Assembly: GCF_006345805.1 (NCBI RefSeq)
Contig: NC_043003.1
Location: 116,808,001 to 116,872,000 of the forward strand
Reading direction: 5' to 3'
Source: Octopus sinensis
Taxonomy: Eukaryota
DNA: 64,000 nt
Shown here in pieces: positions 51,069 to 63,888 of the stretch. The notes under the pieces were generated by a model. That model searched no databases. It was given only the letters and a program-made list of their open reading frames with translations, and was not told where the DNA came from. The translations under genes were made by a program, and so were the position numbers. Within the stretch, counting starts at the first letter, position 1. Every line of letters starts with the position of its first letter.

Positions 51069-51504
51069 GGGATCTTTTCGGTTTGGTCGGCAGTTTTTCC
51101 TAGCGGTGTCATGTGAAATTGTCAGCCATAATTATGACCCTAGTATCGATCTATTGCATTTCAATCTGTTTTAGGCTTAGGGTTAGTTAGGGTTAGGGTT
51201 AGGAGTGGGGGGAAGGGTATCTTTTTTTCTTCACCAATGTAAATAAACTCAATCTGTTTCTTAAACGAGGGACATAGTCATATGGCACAGAATGTTTTTT
51301 TACCTCAATAAACGATTTTGATTGGTTGAAATTGCAGAAATTGAAGAAAAAAAGCAACAAATATCTTACAAACTATAGAATTTTCTCAATAAAGCCAAGA
51401 GTAAAAGATGTTTTATAAACACACTCTACCAGTATACGAAGTTTAAATTTTTTTAGTTACCTAGAAATTATGTTAAAAACTGCCGTTCAAACCGAAAAGA
51501 TTCC
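51069..51504 (-). mobile_element. TTAGGG-containing MITE, copy 3
   Basis: GGGATCTTTTCGGTTTG...CAAACCGAAAAGATTCC; TSD AAATAT at 51063-51068 and 51505-51510. Confidence 0.9.
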
Positions 51505-51574
51505 AAATATGTAATGACATATTGCTCATTGACTCAATTACATAATTTTAACAAGTGTTATTGACTTGTGAAGT

Positions 51575-51840
51575 CACGTAGTCTAGTTTCTAGGTAGTCG
51601 CACTCACGATTTCCAGATCGTAGGTTCGAATCCCGGACCGAACTTTATTTTACATTGCTCCGGTACACTCAGATGGAAATAGATAACCCTGCACCGGACT
51701 AGCCTTTTGATCGGGTGGCAATGTAGACATGCCCTTCTGGCCAGCGGGGTGGCATCTTTCGTAAACTAATACGATGCAAATGCATTCTCACCAGCGATGC
51801 ATTGTAACATCCGATAGTCTGGCCCATCACGTGATCACGG
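51575..51840 (+). mobile_element. Old tRNA-SINE with CORE-like middle and family-C tail type 1
   Basis: GGTTCGAATCCC B box; ACTTTATTTTACATTGCTCC..TACACTCAG; tail GCCAGCGGGGTGGC...ACCAGCGATG...ATCACGTGATCACG. Confidence 0.65.
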
Positions 51841-51858
51841 GACTATTGTATCGGGAGT

Positions 51859-52231
51859 GGAGGCGCAATGACCCAGTGGTTAAGGCAGCGGACTCGCGGT
51901 TTCGATTCCCAGACCGGGCGTTGTGAGTGTTTATTGAGCGAAAACACCTAAAAGCTCCACGAGGCTCTCGCAGGGGATGGTGGTGATCCCTGCTGTACTC
52001 TTTCACCACAACTTTCTCTCACTCTTACTTCCTGTTTCTGTTGTACCTGTATTTCAAGGGGCCGGCCTTGTCACTCTCTGTGTCACGCTGAATATCCCCG
52101 AGAACTACGTTAAGGGTGCACGTGTCTGTGGAGTGCTCAGCCACTTACACGTTAATTTCACGAGCAGGCTGTTCCGTTGATTCGGACCAACCGGAACCCT
52201 CATCGTCGTAACCGACGGAGTGCTTCCATCC
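51859..52231 (+). mobile_element. SINE family C, tail type 2, full length with 14-bp TSD
   Basis: TSD ATTGTAT(C/T)GGGAGT at 51845-51858 and 52232-52245. Confidence 0.92.
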
Positions 52232-52634
52232 ATTGTATTGGGAGTTAGAAAAATTAGACGTTACACTGTCTAGAATTTTAATTTACAAAGGAAGCGATAT
52301 GATTAATATCACGTGTTCCAATCTAATTGCTCAAACATTGCGTATTGTAATTAAAGAGATAGGTTTTCACATGTTTGGATGGACAGGATTTTCAATGTTA
52401 TCTCGGGCCTTTGAATGGGGGACGTAAAAAGCTGAAAAGAATAATGAAGGATTAATCATTTTAATATCATTTTATGGAAATTCCCAGAAGTTGAGTGGAT
52501 TTGCAAACTTTAAGCTTCTAAAACGTGTTACTCTCAAATGATAATAATGCAAAATAGTCATTATGCCAATAAACACACACACACGCACACTGTTTGATTT
52601 TCTCTTCTGTTATTGATATAAGAACAATAGCCCC

Positions 52635-52980
52635 TGGGATTGACATTGCGTTTCATCCTTTCAGGCTCCATAAATTACCAGTTGAGCACTGGGGCCGATG
52701 GAATCGTCTTATCCCCCACCCCACCCCCATACTGATGGCCTTGTGCCAAATTTGAAGCCAATATAAGGAAGAGAGGAAGGCGGTGGGCCGGCAGAATGGT
52801 TGGTATCTCGGACAAAGTGCTTAGCGGGATTTTGTCCGTCTTTACATTCTGAGTTCAAATTCCACCTTTCGGGGTCGATGAGATAAAATAAGTACCAGTT
52901 AAGTACTAAGGCCATGTAACCGACTTACCCGACCACGACTGAAATTCTTGGCCTTGTGCCAAAATTTGAAACGAATATTA
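52635..52980 (+). mobile_element. Two adjacent SINE B-related copies (alternative tail GGCCTTGTGCCAAA.TTTGAA)
   Basis: About 52635-52765 (truncated) and 52779-52980 (with head, internal deletion). Confidence 0.75.
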
Positions 52981-53673
52981 ACTAATTCGAGTTCACGTCA
53001 AAAACCTTACAAAACAAATTTTTAAAATGATTCCAAACTCGAAATAAAAATATTCTACAGTTGTGCGTCAAAGATACAAGAGCATCACAACAATAAACCA
53101 ATGCAGCAACAATACAACAACGATACAACCTGACCCCTCAATCTCTAGTGTATTATATAAAAATGCACCAACAAATAAAAACTTAATAAAGAGAGAGAGT
53201 GCGCAAAAGTGAGTCATAATGATTGAGGCCATCAACAACGAGAAAAGGTAAAAAAAAAAAGCTACCACGGACCAAAGAGTAAAAAAAAAAAGCGCAAAAT
53301 AAGGCAAACAAACGAAAAGAGAAGGAAAGAAAAAATAATGAATGAAAGAGACGTGGGAGTAAATAAAATAGGAAACATCCGTATCTGACATCTAACAGCA
53401 GCAGCAGACAGTTAATTGTTGGAAGAGTTCCCATGAAAAGCTGTCAACCTTTTCTGACTAAAAGACCATTATAAGAAGCAACGCCGGTTGGAGAACGGCA
53501 AAACGATTAGCAGCGAAATCCAGCAAAGGAAAAACATCTCCCGAAACTTGCAATTTCAAAAGTTATATTATTATTATATAGACGGGGGTTTTTGTACACG
53601 TGTAGATATTTATATATAAATATGTGTGTGTGTGTGTGTGTATGTATATACAAACACACACACACACTCATAT

Positions 53674-53683
<10 letters not shown>

Positions 53684-53745
<62 letters not shown>

Positions 53746-53751
53746 GTAGAT

Positions 53752-53787
<36 letters not shown>
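53684..53787. repeat. (GATA)n microsatellite
   Basis: Direct reading. Confidence 0.97.
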
Positions 53788-53788
<1 letters not shown>

Positions 53789-53940
53789 TACATATATATA
53801 CATATATATACAGACGAACTAAACATATATAGCCATACACACATATATACAAAAACATAAAAAATATGCCTGTATATCCATCCATCCATCCATACATACA
53901 TATGGTATATGTGTGTATGTGGTGTATATATATATTATAT

Positions 53941-53983
<43 letters not shown>

Positions 53984-54013
53984 GTAGTATGTATATGCAT
54001 GTAGATTATATAA

Positions 54014-54076
<63 letters not shown>

Positions 54077-54369
54077 GTGTGTGTGTTGTGTGTGTGTGTG
54101 TGGTGTGTATCAGAGCTATTGTTGGAGACTACGATTTGCTTTATGTTCGGTCGTGTTTTAATCTGCTTCTGCGCTGTTGTTAGTTTTTTTATTTGTTGTT
54201 TATACAATGTCCTTCTTATAAAGAAGCTTACAGCGTGGTTGGCTGGTTGGTTGGTTGGTTGGTTGTTGGTTGGCCGGCTAGCTGTTTGTGGTGGGGCGGA
54301 GTGGAGAAGTTTGTTTCCGCGACTTGGTGGGTGGCTAAATGTGATATGTATGTATGTGTGTATGGGTGG

Positions 54370-54410
<41 letters not shown>

Positions 54411-54522
54411 GATGTCAATGAAAAATAAGCAAGTTGATGAATGCACAAACATCTTTATAAATGCATACAAATACACACTTTTATGTATGTATATATGCGT
54501 GTCTGTTGTGACTGCGTCTGCT

Positions 54523-54560
<38 letters not shown>

Positions 54561-54744
54561 CACATTCAATTTTCGTGCACTCCAGCTGTTTGTATGTTTG
54601 CACTAGAGCCAAATCTAGTTATAATTATTGTATATATGTGTAAGGGTATATCTATGTATATATATATATACATATATATATATACATATATATATATCTG
54701 TATATATATTATATATATATATATATATAGTATATATATATATA

Positions 54745-54795
<51 letters not shown>

Positions 54796-54808
54796 TATAT
54801 ATATATAC

Positions 54809-54895
<87 letters not shown>

Positions 54896-55229
54896 ATATA
54901 TATATATATATATAATATATATATATAATATGAATGTATTATATGCTTGTATAGCTATATTCGACAAATAATGTGTATGTATCGTATATACACACATATA
55001 TTAGGTTTACACACTCTTGCAAATACACACCCGCACACACACACGCAGACACTCTCACACACACACGCAGACACTCTCACACACACAAATGAAGAATATT
55101 TGTATGTGCAAGACGTTGGGGTATTTACAAGGAGTCTTTGGGCAGCTAATGTTTTTGGCAGCGATTCAAAGTGTTGGTACTGAATAAAAGACCAACGCAA
55201 TTAACACAGGTGACAGGCAATCGGACCGA

Positions 55230-55300
55230 GATTCCAAATCACGCGGTACGTCATGACGGCGGAACGCGAGCACGTGACCGGGCAGTGAAACCACATGCAT
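55230..55300. promoter_or_regulatory. CpG-dense cluster with CRE-like and E-box motifs
   Basis: TACGTCATGACG 55247-55258, CACGTGAC 55271-55278, many intact CpGs; motif match only. Confidence 0.25.
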
Positions 55301-55788
55301 TATCTCATTACTTGCTCGCTCAAACTCAAAATGGACGTTTTCACTTCCAGGCTTTTTTCGATATAACTATAGACTGCTTTGTTGGACGGATTGGTAGTGG
55401 CTCAGAAGGAGCGGACGAAAGACTCATAATCAAGGATGCCGGGTTCAAAATTGATTATATACATGTATATGCACATGTGTCCACGTGAACGTACCACGAG
55501 CATGCATGTATAAATATATATGTAGGAATGTAAAAATATATTTATTTTATTACCCTTTGTCTCTCGCTCTGTAGTTAGACATATAGGTAAAGATATATAT
55601 ATATATAGATATATATATATATATAAAAATAAAAATTTTTTTAAATTTTTAAATTTTAAAAATTGTTTAAAAATAAAAAATAATAATAATAATAATAATA
55701 AGAATAATAATAATAATAATAATAATAATATAATAATAAAAGTAAATAAATAAATAACTAAAATAAAATAATAATAATAATACATAAG

Positions 55789-55840
<52 letters not shown>

Positions 55841-56038
55841 TGAGTTTACATTATTTAAATAATTTTTAAAATTTTAACTTTAATTTAAATATTTTAATTT
55901 GGAATTTTATATTTTTATATTTTAGTATTTTATTTTTTTTAATTAATTTTATTTCTATGTATTGGCTTATGGTTTTCACTGTTTGATTTGCCTAATAATG
56001 GTTTTATTCTAATGGAATTTATATATATATATATATAT

Positions 56039-56077
<39 letters not shown>

Positions 56078-56500
56078 CATGGAGAGCGAGAGAGAGAGAG
56101 CGATGATAGAGTAATATACGGATGTATGTTACTGTATCATTTATTTGGCCAGAATTATCGGATTAGTTATAAACCGCTGGACACAAAGCGCGTCATTCCA
56201 TTGTTACAGCATTTGGATAATGGTAGCCATATATAAATTTATATTACATATATATATATTGGGTGTGTGTGTGTGTGTGTGTGTGCGCGCACAAATGTAT
56301 GGATGGGTGGATGGATGGATGGATTGATGGAAGAATGGAGGGATGGATGTAAGCATACAAGTAGATATATATGCATATATAAAGGTGCACATATATATAT
56401 GCATATGCGCAAACACGCAAGGAAACATACACATGCACACACATTTTGATGAGTTTAAATATCTGTATTTAAATAACGCTTATAAACACTTATCATTATG

Positions 56501-56538
<38 letters not shown>

Positions 56539-56562
56539 TTATATATTATATATATATATATA

Positions 56563-56593
<31 letters not shown>

Positions 56594-56602
<9 letters not shown>

Positions 56603-56942
56603 TAAATGAATGAATGGAGTTGAATGAAGATGTTAACAAAATTCCTTTACTCTCGACATATGTTTCGAAGAAAACATGGTTTCATTCCAAAGGAATAAAC
56701 GGTGCAAGATGCAATCTTCTCATCAGGAAAGAAAGGGCGCCTCTCTCAACAACAAGACAGACAAAAATTGCGATGACTGCCTACATGGTAAACAAAACGA
56801 TGATAAGTGTTTTAAAACACTTATTCCTTAAAACCGTTTATTCCTTTTGAATGAAACCATGTTGTCTTCGAAACATATATCGAGAATAAAGGAATTTTGT
56901 TAACATCTTCGTTTAACTCCATTCATTTATTTATTCATATAT
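56594..56942 (-). mobile_element. HHR-bearing inverted-repeat element beside (TA)n
   Basis: ~110-bp arms 56594-56703 / 56833-56942; the spacer holds the HHR 5' half and a 22-bp palindrome ATAAGTGTTTTAAAACACTTAT. Confidence 0.78.
56644..56736 (-). ncRNA. Type I hammerhead ribozyme, complete core, long loop II
   Basis: Stem I CCUUU-CUUUC / GAGAG-U-AAAGG, CUGAUGA, stem II GAAGA/UCUUC with 43-nt loop, GAAAC, palindromic stem III ACAUAUGU, GUC site (56657-56655). Confidence 0.8.
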
Positions 56943-57912
56943 AACACACAAATTTCTGCACATGAATCCGGAGTTTCTACCCTTGGACAGGTCGCTTCAA
57001 CCGTGTTTCTGACGTGAATTTGCTACCCTGGTATCGGTTCATCGAATTTTCCATGTTGACGGTAAACATGGGATAATTCATTCACCTATCGAAATATATA
57101 TATATATAATTTTATACTGTTGTACAGTCTCTCCAATATAGGTAGTTGTCATGTTTCTGCACCGTCTCTCAGTATATCATAAGATATACACTACATTTCT
57201 AACCTTACATATGGCTCGCGGCCACGGGGGAGCAACAAGAGTGCAAACGAGGAAGAGTGAGGGAGAGAGAAAACGAAAGAGTAACAGAATAGAAAAGAAG
57301 TGTCGCATCAGAATTATTAAGATAAAACTTATTTGGGAACGGATGCGTGGTGTTCAATCATATAATAATATAAACAATATATATATATATGCATATATAC
57401 ATACGTATCTGTATAGGTCATCTTTATTTCTTTTCCTAACTTGTGTTTCTTTCTTTCCTTCTGACCCAGCTGGAGAGATGAGACGCACTCTTGTCTGTCT
57501 CCCGTCCAAGCTTAATCCACCGCGTTCGCCACCACAACCTCGTTTCGGCTTAGTAGCCCTTCTTGTTTGTCTTCACTGTCCTGTTTTTGTTACTAATTTT
57601 GACCCTCCACAAAATCTCAAATTTTATTAAATTTGCTTTGCGGGAGCTACTGTTATCTTTTTAGTGAATAGCTCGAAATACGGATTAGAAAGCAGCCGAC
57701 AGCTGAAGAAGGGTCATTCTTTGTGTTGCTTGTCTTGTTTCTTTTTGTTTCTTTCGTTGTTCGCAAAAAATGTTCGTATTCCATGTATTCGTATTTCATA
57801 TTTCATGTTTTCGTATTTCATGGTGTTTACGTTCTGTGACGTCCTGTACCTACATATGAATATGTATATACCATATATATGTAAATTCGTACATATACGT
57901 ATGTATATATGC

Positions 57913-57949
<37 letters not shown>

Positions 57950-59136
57950 TAATATTATTAAATGATTGAGCGCTCCGCATCCATTTCCAAGTAAGTTCTA
58001 TCGAGTTTCGAAGTAAGTATATTCATACGCACACATATTCATGTACATACATCTATGCGTGTATACATATGTATAGATATATCGTTAAGCAATCCCTTAT
58101 TTTCTCCTTTGGCAAAATTTTGAGGGCCAGAAACCGGCTCGCCGTTGGGTTCAATACTTTGTGTTAAGTTCTTCGATCAACCCCAAATACCTGTTCTTTG
58201 AATGACGCACCGACTGGCAGATTCTTCCATCGATTCATGTACCCGCTTCGTGTAATCCTCTCAGATTTAATCAGCTGCGTGTATAGAGTGTGACAAGGCG
58301 GGAATTTGGGAATTTGGAAATCCCTTTAGAAATCTATTGCAGAGCCTTCCAAAATCATTTGCATCTACCCAATTTCTCTTACAAATCTCGGCTTCAATAG
58401 AATTTCAAGCAAATTCTATATTTTTTTGACTGCATGCATTGAATTCAAAGAACTGGCACCGAGACATATGTCTGTGTACCCTCGGTTCTACAAATGACAG
58501 ATATGTGTCTCAATGCATAAATTATAATATTTTCAACCGAAAGATACCGCAATCTAGGGCGTACGCGTTTCTATTTTGTAACAATTCACTCCCCATTTCC
58601 TGCTTTGAAAATGATTTCGGTACGAATCTCTAGACCATTGTGTCATTGCACTTTCATGCTTTCATAGCGTTACATACACCCACCCATGATATACATATAC
58701 ATACATAAACACATAAAGATATATATATTTATTCATTCATTCTTAAATAACAGTATTATTGACTGTGACTTCGAAGTGTCGGCCAGTTAAGCCGTCATCG
58801 GATGATAAATTGGCTGGTGGTTAATAGTATTCTTGTTTTAGAATAATAATTTGCACAAAACTATAGAGTAACTCACCAAATTAATTTTAAATTATTGTTA
58901 TAACTGACCATACAAACAAAACATTCACACAACATATATATATACATATATATAAATTTACAAATTGAGATAGGGGTTGTGAGTGCAACCCACCATGGGA
59001 TAACATATATCCAATATACTGCTAGTTAAGCACCCAACAAAGTTAATACATAAATGTTAAGAATTGCGATGCAATTAATTCATTTACTGTATTATATGGG
59101 CGAAGGTAAAATGTTTTACTACAAATTAATAATACA

Positions 59137-59278
59137 AAATAAGAAAATGGAGAAATACACCTTAATCAATAATCAACTACCAGATTATACCCATTCACAT
59201 AGTAGTTGGTTAATAAATTATGTGAATGGGTATAATCTGGTAGTTGATTATTGATTAAGGTGTATTTCTCCATTTTCT

Positions 59279-59283
<5 letters not shown>
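59137..59283. repeat. Perfect 65-bp inverted repeat with 17-bp spacer
   Basis: 59137-59201 is the exact reverse complement of 59219-59283; abuts (TA)n. Confidence 0.95.
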
Positions 59284-59365
<82 letters not shown>

Positions 59366-59918
59366 ATTTATATATATGTATATATATATACATACAGATA
59401 TATATGTGTGTAAGTGTGTGTGTGTATGTGTGTGCGTATGAATAGTTTTGGACGCTATAGGAATTTAGTAACGTTGAGAGATGTCAATTAATTTATTCTT
59501 GACGGTTGAGTTCGAGGTAGATAAATCTATAACTAATGCCATGCAAATATCGAAATCAAAAACCGCTTTCTATAGAGTAAGTCGAGAGTTACCTGGAAGA
59601 GAAGCAGTCAAATCACTCGTAAAGATGACTAACGCTCCACTTTTCCTATCCGAAGGGATTTCAGTTGAATATTTATCATGCTATTCTATTATTGATTCTG
59701 CCAGGAATTCAAAGCGAAATACACGCACACACGTGTGTGTATAATTATATATATCAAGAGAACGCAAATAGGATATAAAATTTACGAATATTTCCACAAA
59801 ATTTTACTGATGTATTAATTCCATCATGGCATACAATCCACTATCTTCCAGTATATCATGTCAAAAAGGTGGAATAGTACTTCGATCATGGCGAATCCAA
59901 CCAACATTGTTTTATGTA

Positions 59919-59986
<68 letters not shown>

Positions 59987-59993
59987 TATATAT

Positions 59994-60190
59994 TATGTGG
60001 CAATTAACTGGTTTTCATAATAAAACTCAGAGTTTCAGATGCCGGCGATGAAGTCTGCTCCGGCATCTCATCAGTTATTAAGACAAACACCCTGGTTTGA
60101 ATTAATAACTGATGAGGTGCCGGAACAGACATCAGCCCCGACATCCAAACTCTGAGTTTTATAATAACAACCAACTAATTGGCACATATT
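59994..60190. mobile_element. Inverted pair of hammerhead-like motifs beside (TA)n
   Basis: Minus 60019-60079: AAUAA-CUGAUGA-GAUGCCGG..CCGGCAUC-U-GAAAC-UCUGA-GUU-UUAUU. Plus 60102-60163: decayed mirror copy. Confidence 0.7.
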
Positions 60191-60283
60191 ATAATTATAG
60201 ATAAATTCCTCTAATTACAAAATATAAAGGTTTCATTCATTCTTTTGTTGTCCTATTGTGTGTGTGTATATATATATATATAA

Positions 60284-60557
60284 CAGGGATATCCAAAAGT
60301 AATGCAGTACGATCGTTTCAAGCAACTCCATTTAATTGAACAATGCTACCATTACATCAATTTAAAAGCAGAGGTAAAATTATACTAATGTCTCCATCTG
60401 TTTTAATTTAATTAAAATCTATGTCTTTATGCAGCTGAGGATTTAAATTGAATTTATATTGATTTTAAGCTGCATTTATATTGATGTAATGGTTGCATTG
60501 TTCAATTAAATAGAGTTGCTTGAAACGATCGTACTCCATTGCCTCTGGATATCCTTG
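60284..60557. mobile_element. Tc1/mariner-type MITE with ~78-bp TIRs
   Basis: CAGGGATATCCAAAAGTAATGCAGTACGATCGTTTCAAGCAACT... mirrored by ...AGTTGCTTGAAACGATCGTACTCCATTGCCTCTGGATATCCTTG; TA-rich left flank, right TA degenerate. Confidence 0.75.
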
Positions 60558-61126
60558 TTGCTTATTTCGATTCTAATTACCTTATTTTGAAATTGTATGG
60601 ATAATACCGTACTAAATTCTTTTGCCTCAGCTTAAGTACCATATTCATCTGAAAGTATAGGTTATTTACAATTAAGTAAAGTAGAACGACCTGCTTTGCA
60701 TAAATGCATTAATTTAATGCGAAAATTTGAATTGGATAGCTCACTAACAGTTTAACTCCGAGCAAGAAACCTCACATCGTATGTTTGCGCGTGCATTGTA
60801 GAATATTGGTCTGATGGTTAATGCCCGGCTTATTTATTCATTTCCTCTTGTTATTCATCCATTGTTCTCTGTTAGCTTGTTGAGCGGTCAATTCGTTCAC
60901 GGTTGAGGCATCAGCATTTGGAAGCCAGCATCACCTATTCGCGGCCAAGTGAGAGCCTAAAGTATCCTGTGCATAAATACAAAGAAATGATCGCTTATAT
61001 TGTTTATACAACACCGACATTATTCCCCTATCTTGCTTGTTTGGAATTTACTCCTTTCATTTTCTCTTTTATCACAAATGAATATATCTCATATTCTATA
61101 TCGTTCCACTTTCCCTTCCTTCCTCT

Positions 61127-61163
<37 letters not shown>

Positions 61164-62399
61164 TTCTATCAATCGTTTTCCCCTTATTGTCTCTCTATTT
61201 TCTTCTCTCTTCTGTATTTCTCCCTAAATATCGCTTCCGTATGAACATAGAAAACACTGGTTAATAACCTAGAGGCTGATCTTTTTCAAGATTCGAAATG
61301 ATTAATGGAGAATGATATACTTATATTGAGCATGGTGAAGATGGTTGAGACGTTTATTTCGCCGAGCTGCCGATTTTATTGCTGGTGATAATGATGATGG
61401 TGGGGCTGATCGTAGTTGCGGTAGTAGTGGCATTGGTGTTGGAGGGTATGTGTGAAAGGTGGATTGCTAAGAGTTATGGTTTGCATTGAAGTTGTTCCTG
61501 TTAAATATTGCTTTATTGATGAGTAGGTTGGTTTATAATGGTTTGTTAACTCTTGTAGAACGTACAAATAACAATATATTTTTAATATGCACTCATACCG
61601 TATATCATTGCAGATACGCGGGACCGTTTGTGAGGGTGGCGTCGTCTGCGGACGTTTTCTTCTGTTGATGTTGGCATTAGATAGGATTTGTTTTACGAGA
61701 TCACCCTTCTATACTTTATAGATACGAGGTCTTAGTGCATAACTTTCTTGATATATAGCAATATTTAGAATGATAAGCATCAGAATAAAGACATACATAA
61801 TGTGAATGAAAGTGTTATGAGAAACAAACTTGAACACATAGACATATAAAATGCAAGTTTCTCTAAAACAGATTCCTTACTTTAGCATGAGGCAAATTAT
61901 GGAAAAAGAATGCTGTAATCTATTACATCATCATCAGTATATTATTGATACCTATTTTATCGAAGCTGGTCGAATGAAAAGCCTAGTCGAACGGTTAAGA
62001 TTTCACTTCGATATCGACGAGGCGAAAACTATTCTGTATATTCCATAAACAGAAAGAATTTTTTACGAAAGATCAAACGTAGTTACGTAGCCTCTACGAG
62101 CTTCAGAAATAACATTTGAGATCAAATTGAATTGAAAACTCTAATTTCAGTCGTTTATCAAAATTGAGTTCACAAGAAAATAATAAAGTATTGTTGATTA
62201 GAACAACAGACGGTCGTTGTTAAAACTAATATATATAACAAGATTCAATTTTTCAGTAGGTTATAAAAGCTGAATTGAAATTCCAGACATGGTCCTAGGG
62301 TTTCGATAATGACCCAAGTCAGGCTCAACAATATTTCATTGTGTTTTGTTTTCCTATACAAGGGCGATCACCGTTGATACTTGTCGTATTAGTGGTCAT

Positions 62400-62723
62400 C
62401 GATTCCCAGACTGGGCGTTGTGAGTGTTTATTGAGCGAAAACACCTAAAGCTCCACGAGCCTCCGGCAGGGGATGGTGGTGATCCCTGCTGTACTCTTTT
62501 GCCACAACTTTCTCTCACTCTTACTTCCTGTTTCTGTTGTACCTGTATTTCAAAGGACCGGCCTTGTCACTCTCTGTGTCACACTGAATATCCCCGAGAA
62601 CTACGTTAAGGGTACACGTGTCTGTGGAGTGCTCAGCCACTTGCACGTTAATTTCACGGCAGGCTGTTCCGTTGATTCGGATCAACCGGAACCCTCATCG
62701 TTGTAACCGACGGAGTGCTTCCA
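62400..62723 (+). mobile_element. SINE family C, tail type 2, 5'-truncated with 12-bp TSD
   Basis: TSD ATTAGTGGTCAT at 62388-62399 and 62724-62735. Confidence 0.93.
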
Positions 62724-63244
62724 ATTAGTGGTCATACATATGGTGGCGTCATTTTATAAATCTGCTTTATTTAATTTCTTCTGCAACTGATTGCTCACAC
62801 TTCATTTAATCAACGAAAATGTACGGAGAAATATGTAGAAGAAAAATATTTCACAAAATGTTGTTTCTCTCAAAAAAAAAAATGTCTATTAATTTTGTTG
62901 GTATTTTCCGACTGTTTTACTTGCTGTCATTCCGGCTACTATTCCTGCTTCATTGTTACAAACACCATCCAGTGGCCTCGAAGATATAACAATGAAGAAA
63001 AGCCAAATACTCCGGCCTAAAATTACAGAAATATTTTTGTTCATCGACCTTGCGATAAGGGGACTCTAAGATCTTAATAGTTCTTTTCGTTTTACTTTTT
63101 TCTTAACCACAAACATTTCGTGTTGTATATCTTAGTCATACTTTCATTTCCATAATCTTTTGCATTATAAATACTGGTTGTTATACTGATTTCAAATTTT
63201 TTATCAAGACCAGTAATTTTTTTCTTGGGGTGGTAGTTACAGTG

Positions 63245-63392
63245 CTCAACAGGTACTCGTTCTATCGACCCCAAAGGATGAAAGGCACAGCGGACCTCAG
63301 AGGAATTTGAACTCCGGGCGTAAAGCCAGACAAAATTCCGCAAAGCATTATGCCCGGCCTGATAACAATTCTGCCAGCTGGTCACCACCGTG
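63245..63392 (-). mobile_element. SINE B, diverged
   Basis: TCGACCCCAAAGGATGAAAGGCA...GAGGAATTTGAACTC...TTCTGCCAGCT. Confidence 0.75.
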
Positions 63393-63590
63393 TAGCCTTT
63401 TATTGAATTTTAAATATACTTTAATATTTAAATTTAATTTGCCAAAATATTTTCGTCGCTTTCAGACCGCGACCTGTTCACTGACAAAACCCTTACCACG
63501 CTGCAATTGTTTTCGTTCCAGCACACGATCTCAGATCAGGTCACTTGCTATGCAAGTACATCTCCATAATATACTTTATTTTATACATAA

Positions 63591-63888
63591 CTAGCAGTAT
63601 CGCCCGGCGTTGCTCGGGTTTGTAAGGGAAATAACTATATAAGCATTTTTAGAGAGTTACCTCCCTTATATAATAGCAAAAAAGTGCATTAAAAATGGGA
63701 AAAAATTATGGTAATTTTTTTTTAAATCGTAGACTCATCGTAGACGCGCGCTAATACCCAGAAGGGCTCGATATGAATCACGACTATAAGATACCCGGTT
63801 TCGGTTAAACTGCACCGCAAAATGTGGGAGTAGTTAGGAATCTAAATCGTAGGAGACAGACACACAACTTCACTTTTATATATAAAGA
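63591..63888 (-). mobile_element. Non-autonomous Helitron, copy 2
   Basis: A|TCTTTATATATAAAAG...CCCGAGCAACGCCGGG..CTAG|T on the minus strand; homologous to 1507-1902. Confidence 0.88.

Noticed and set aside
55560-55990. Near-pure A/T stretch resembling a mitochondrial control region or NUMT
   Set aside because: No flanking mitochondrial tRNA or gene sequence; more likely degenerate microsatellite or low-quality consensus.
58763-58806. Hammerhead-like motif (minus: CCGAUGA-CGGC..GCC-GACAC-UUCGAA-GUC); similar partial hits near 13290, 32685-32722 and 57535-57565
   Set aside because: Two or more core changes and no convincing stem I; may be decayed copies but cannot be told from chance by eye.
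61330-61700. Thr/His/Asn-rich minus-strand frame with an NPPF motif (also 8640-9000 on plus) as PLE remnants
   Set aside because: Single short motif in low-complexity sequence; no colinear supporting motifs.
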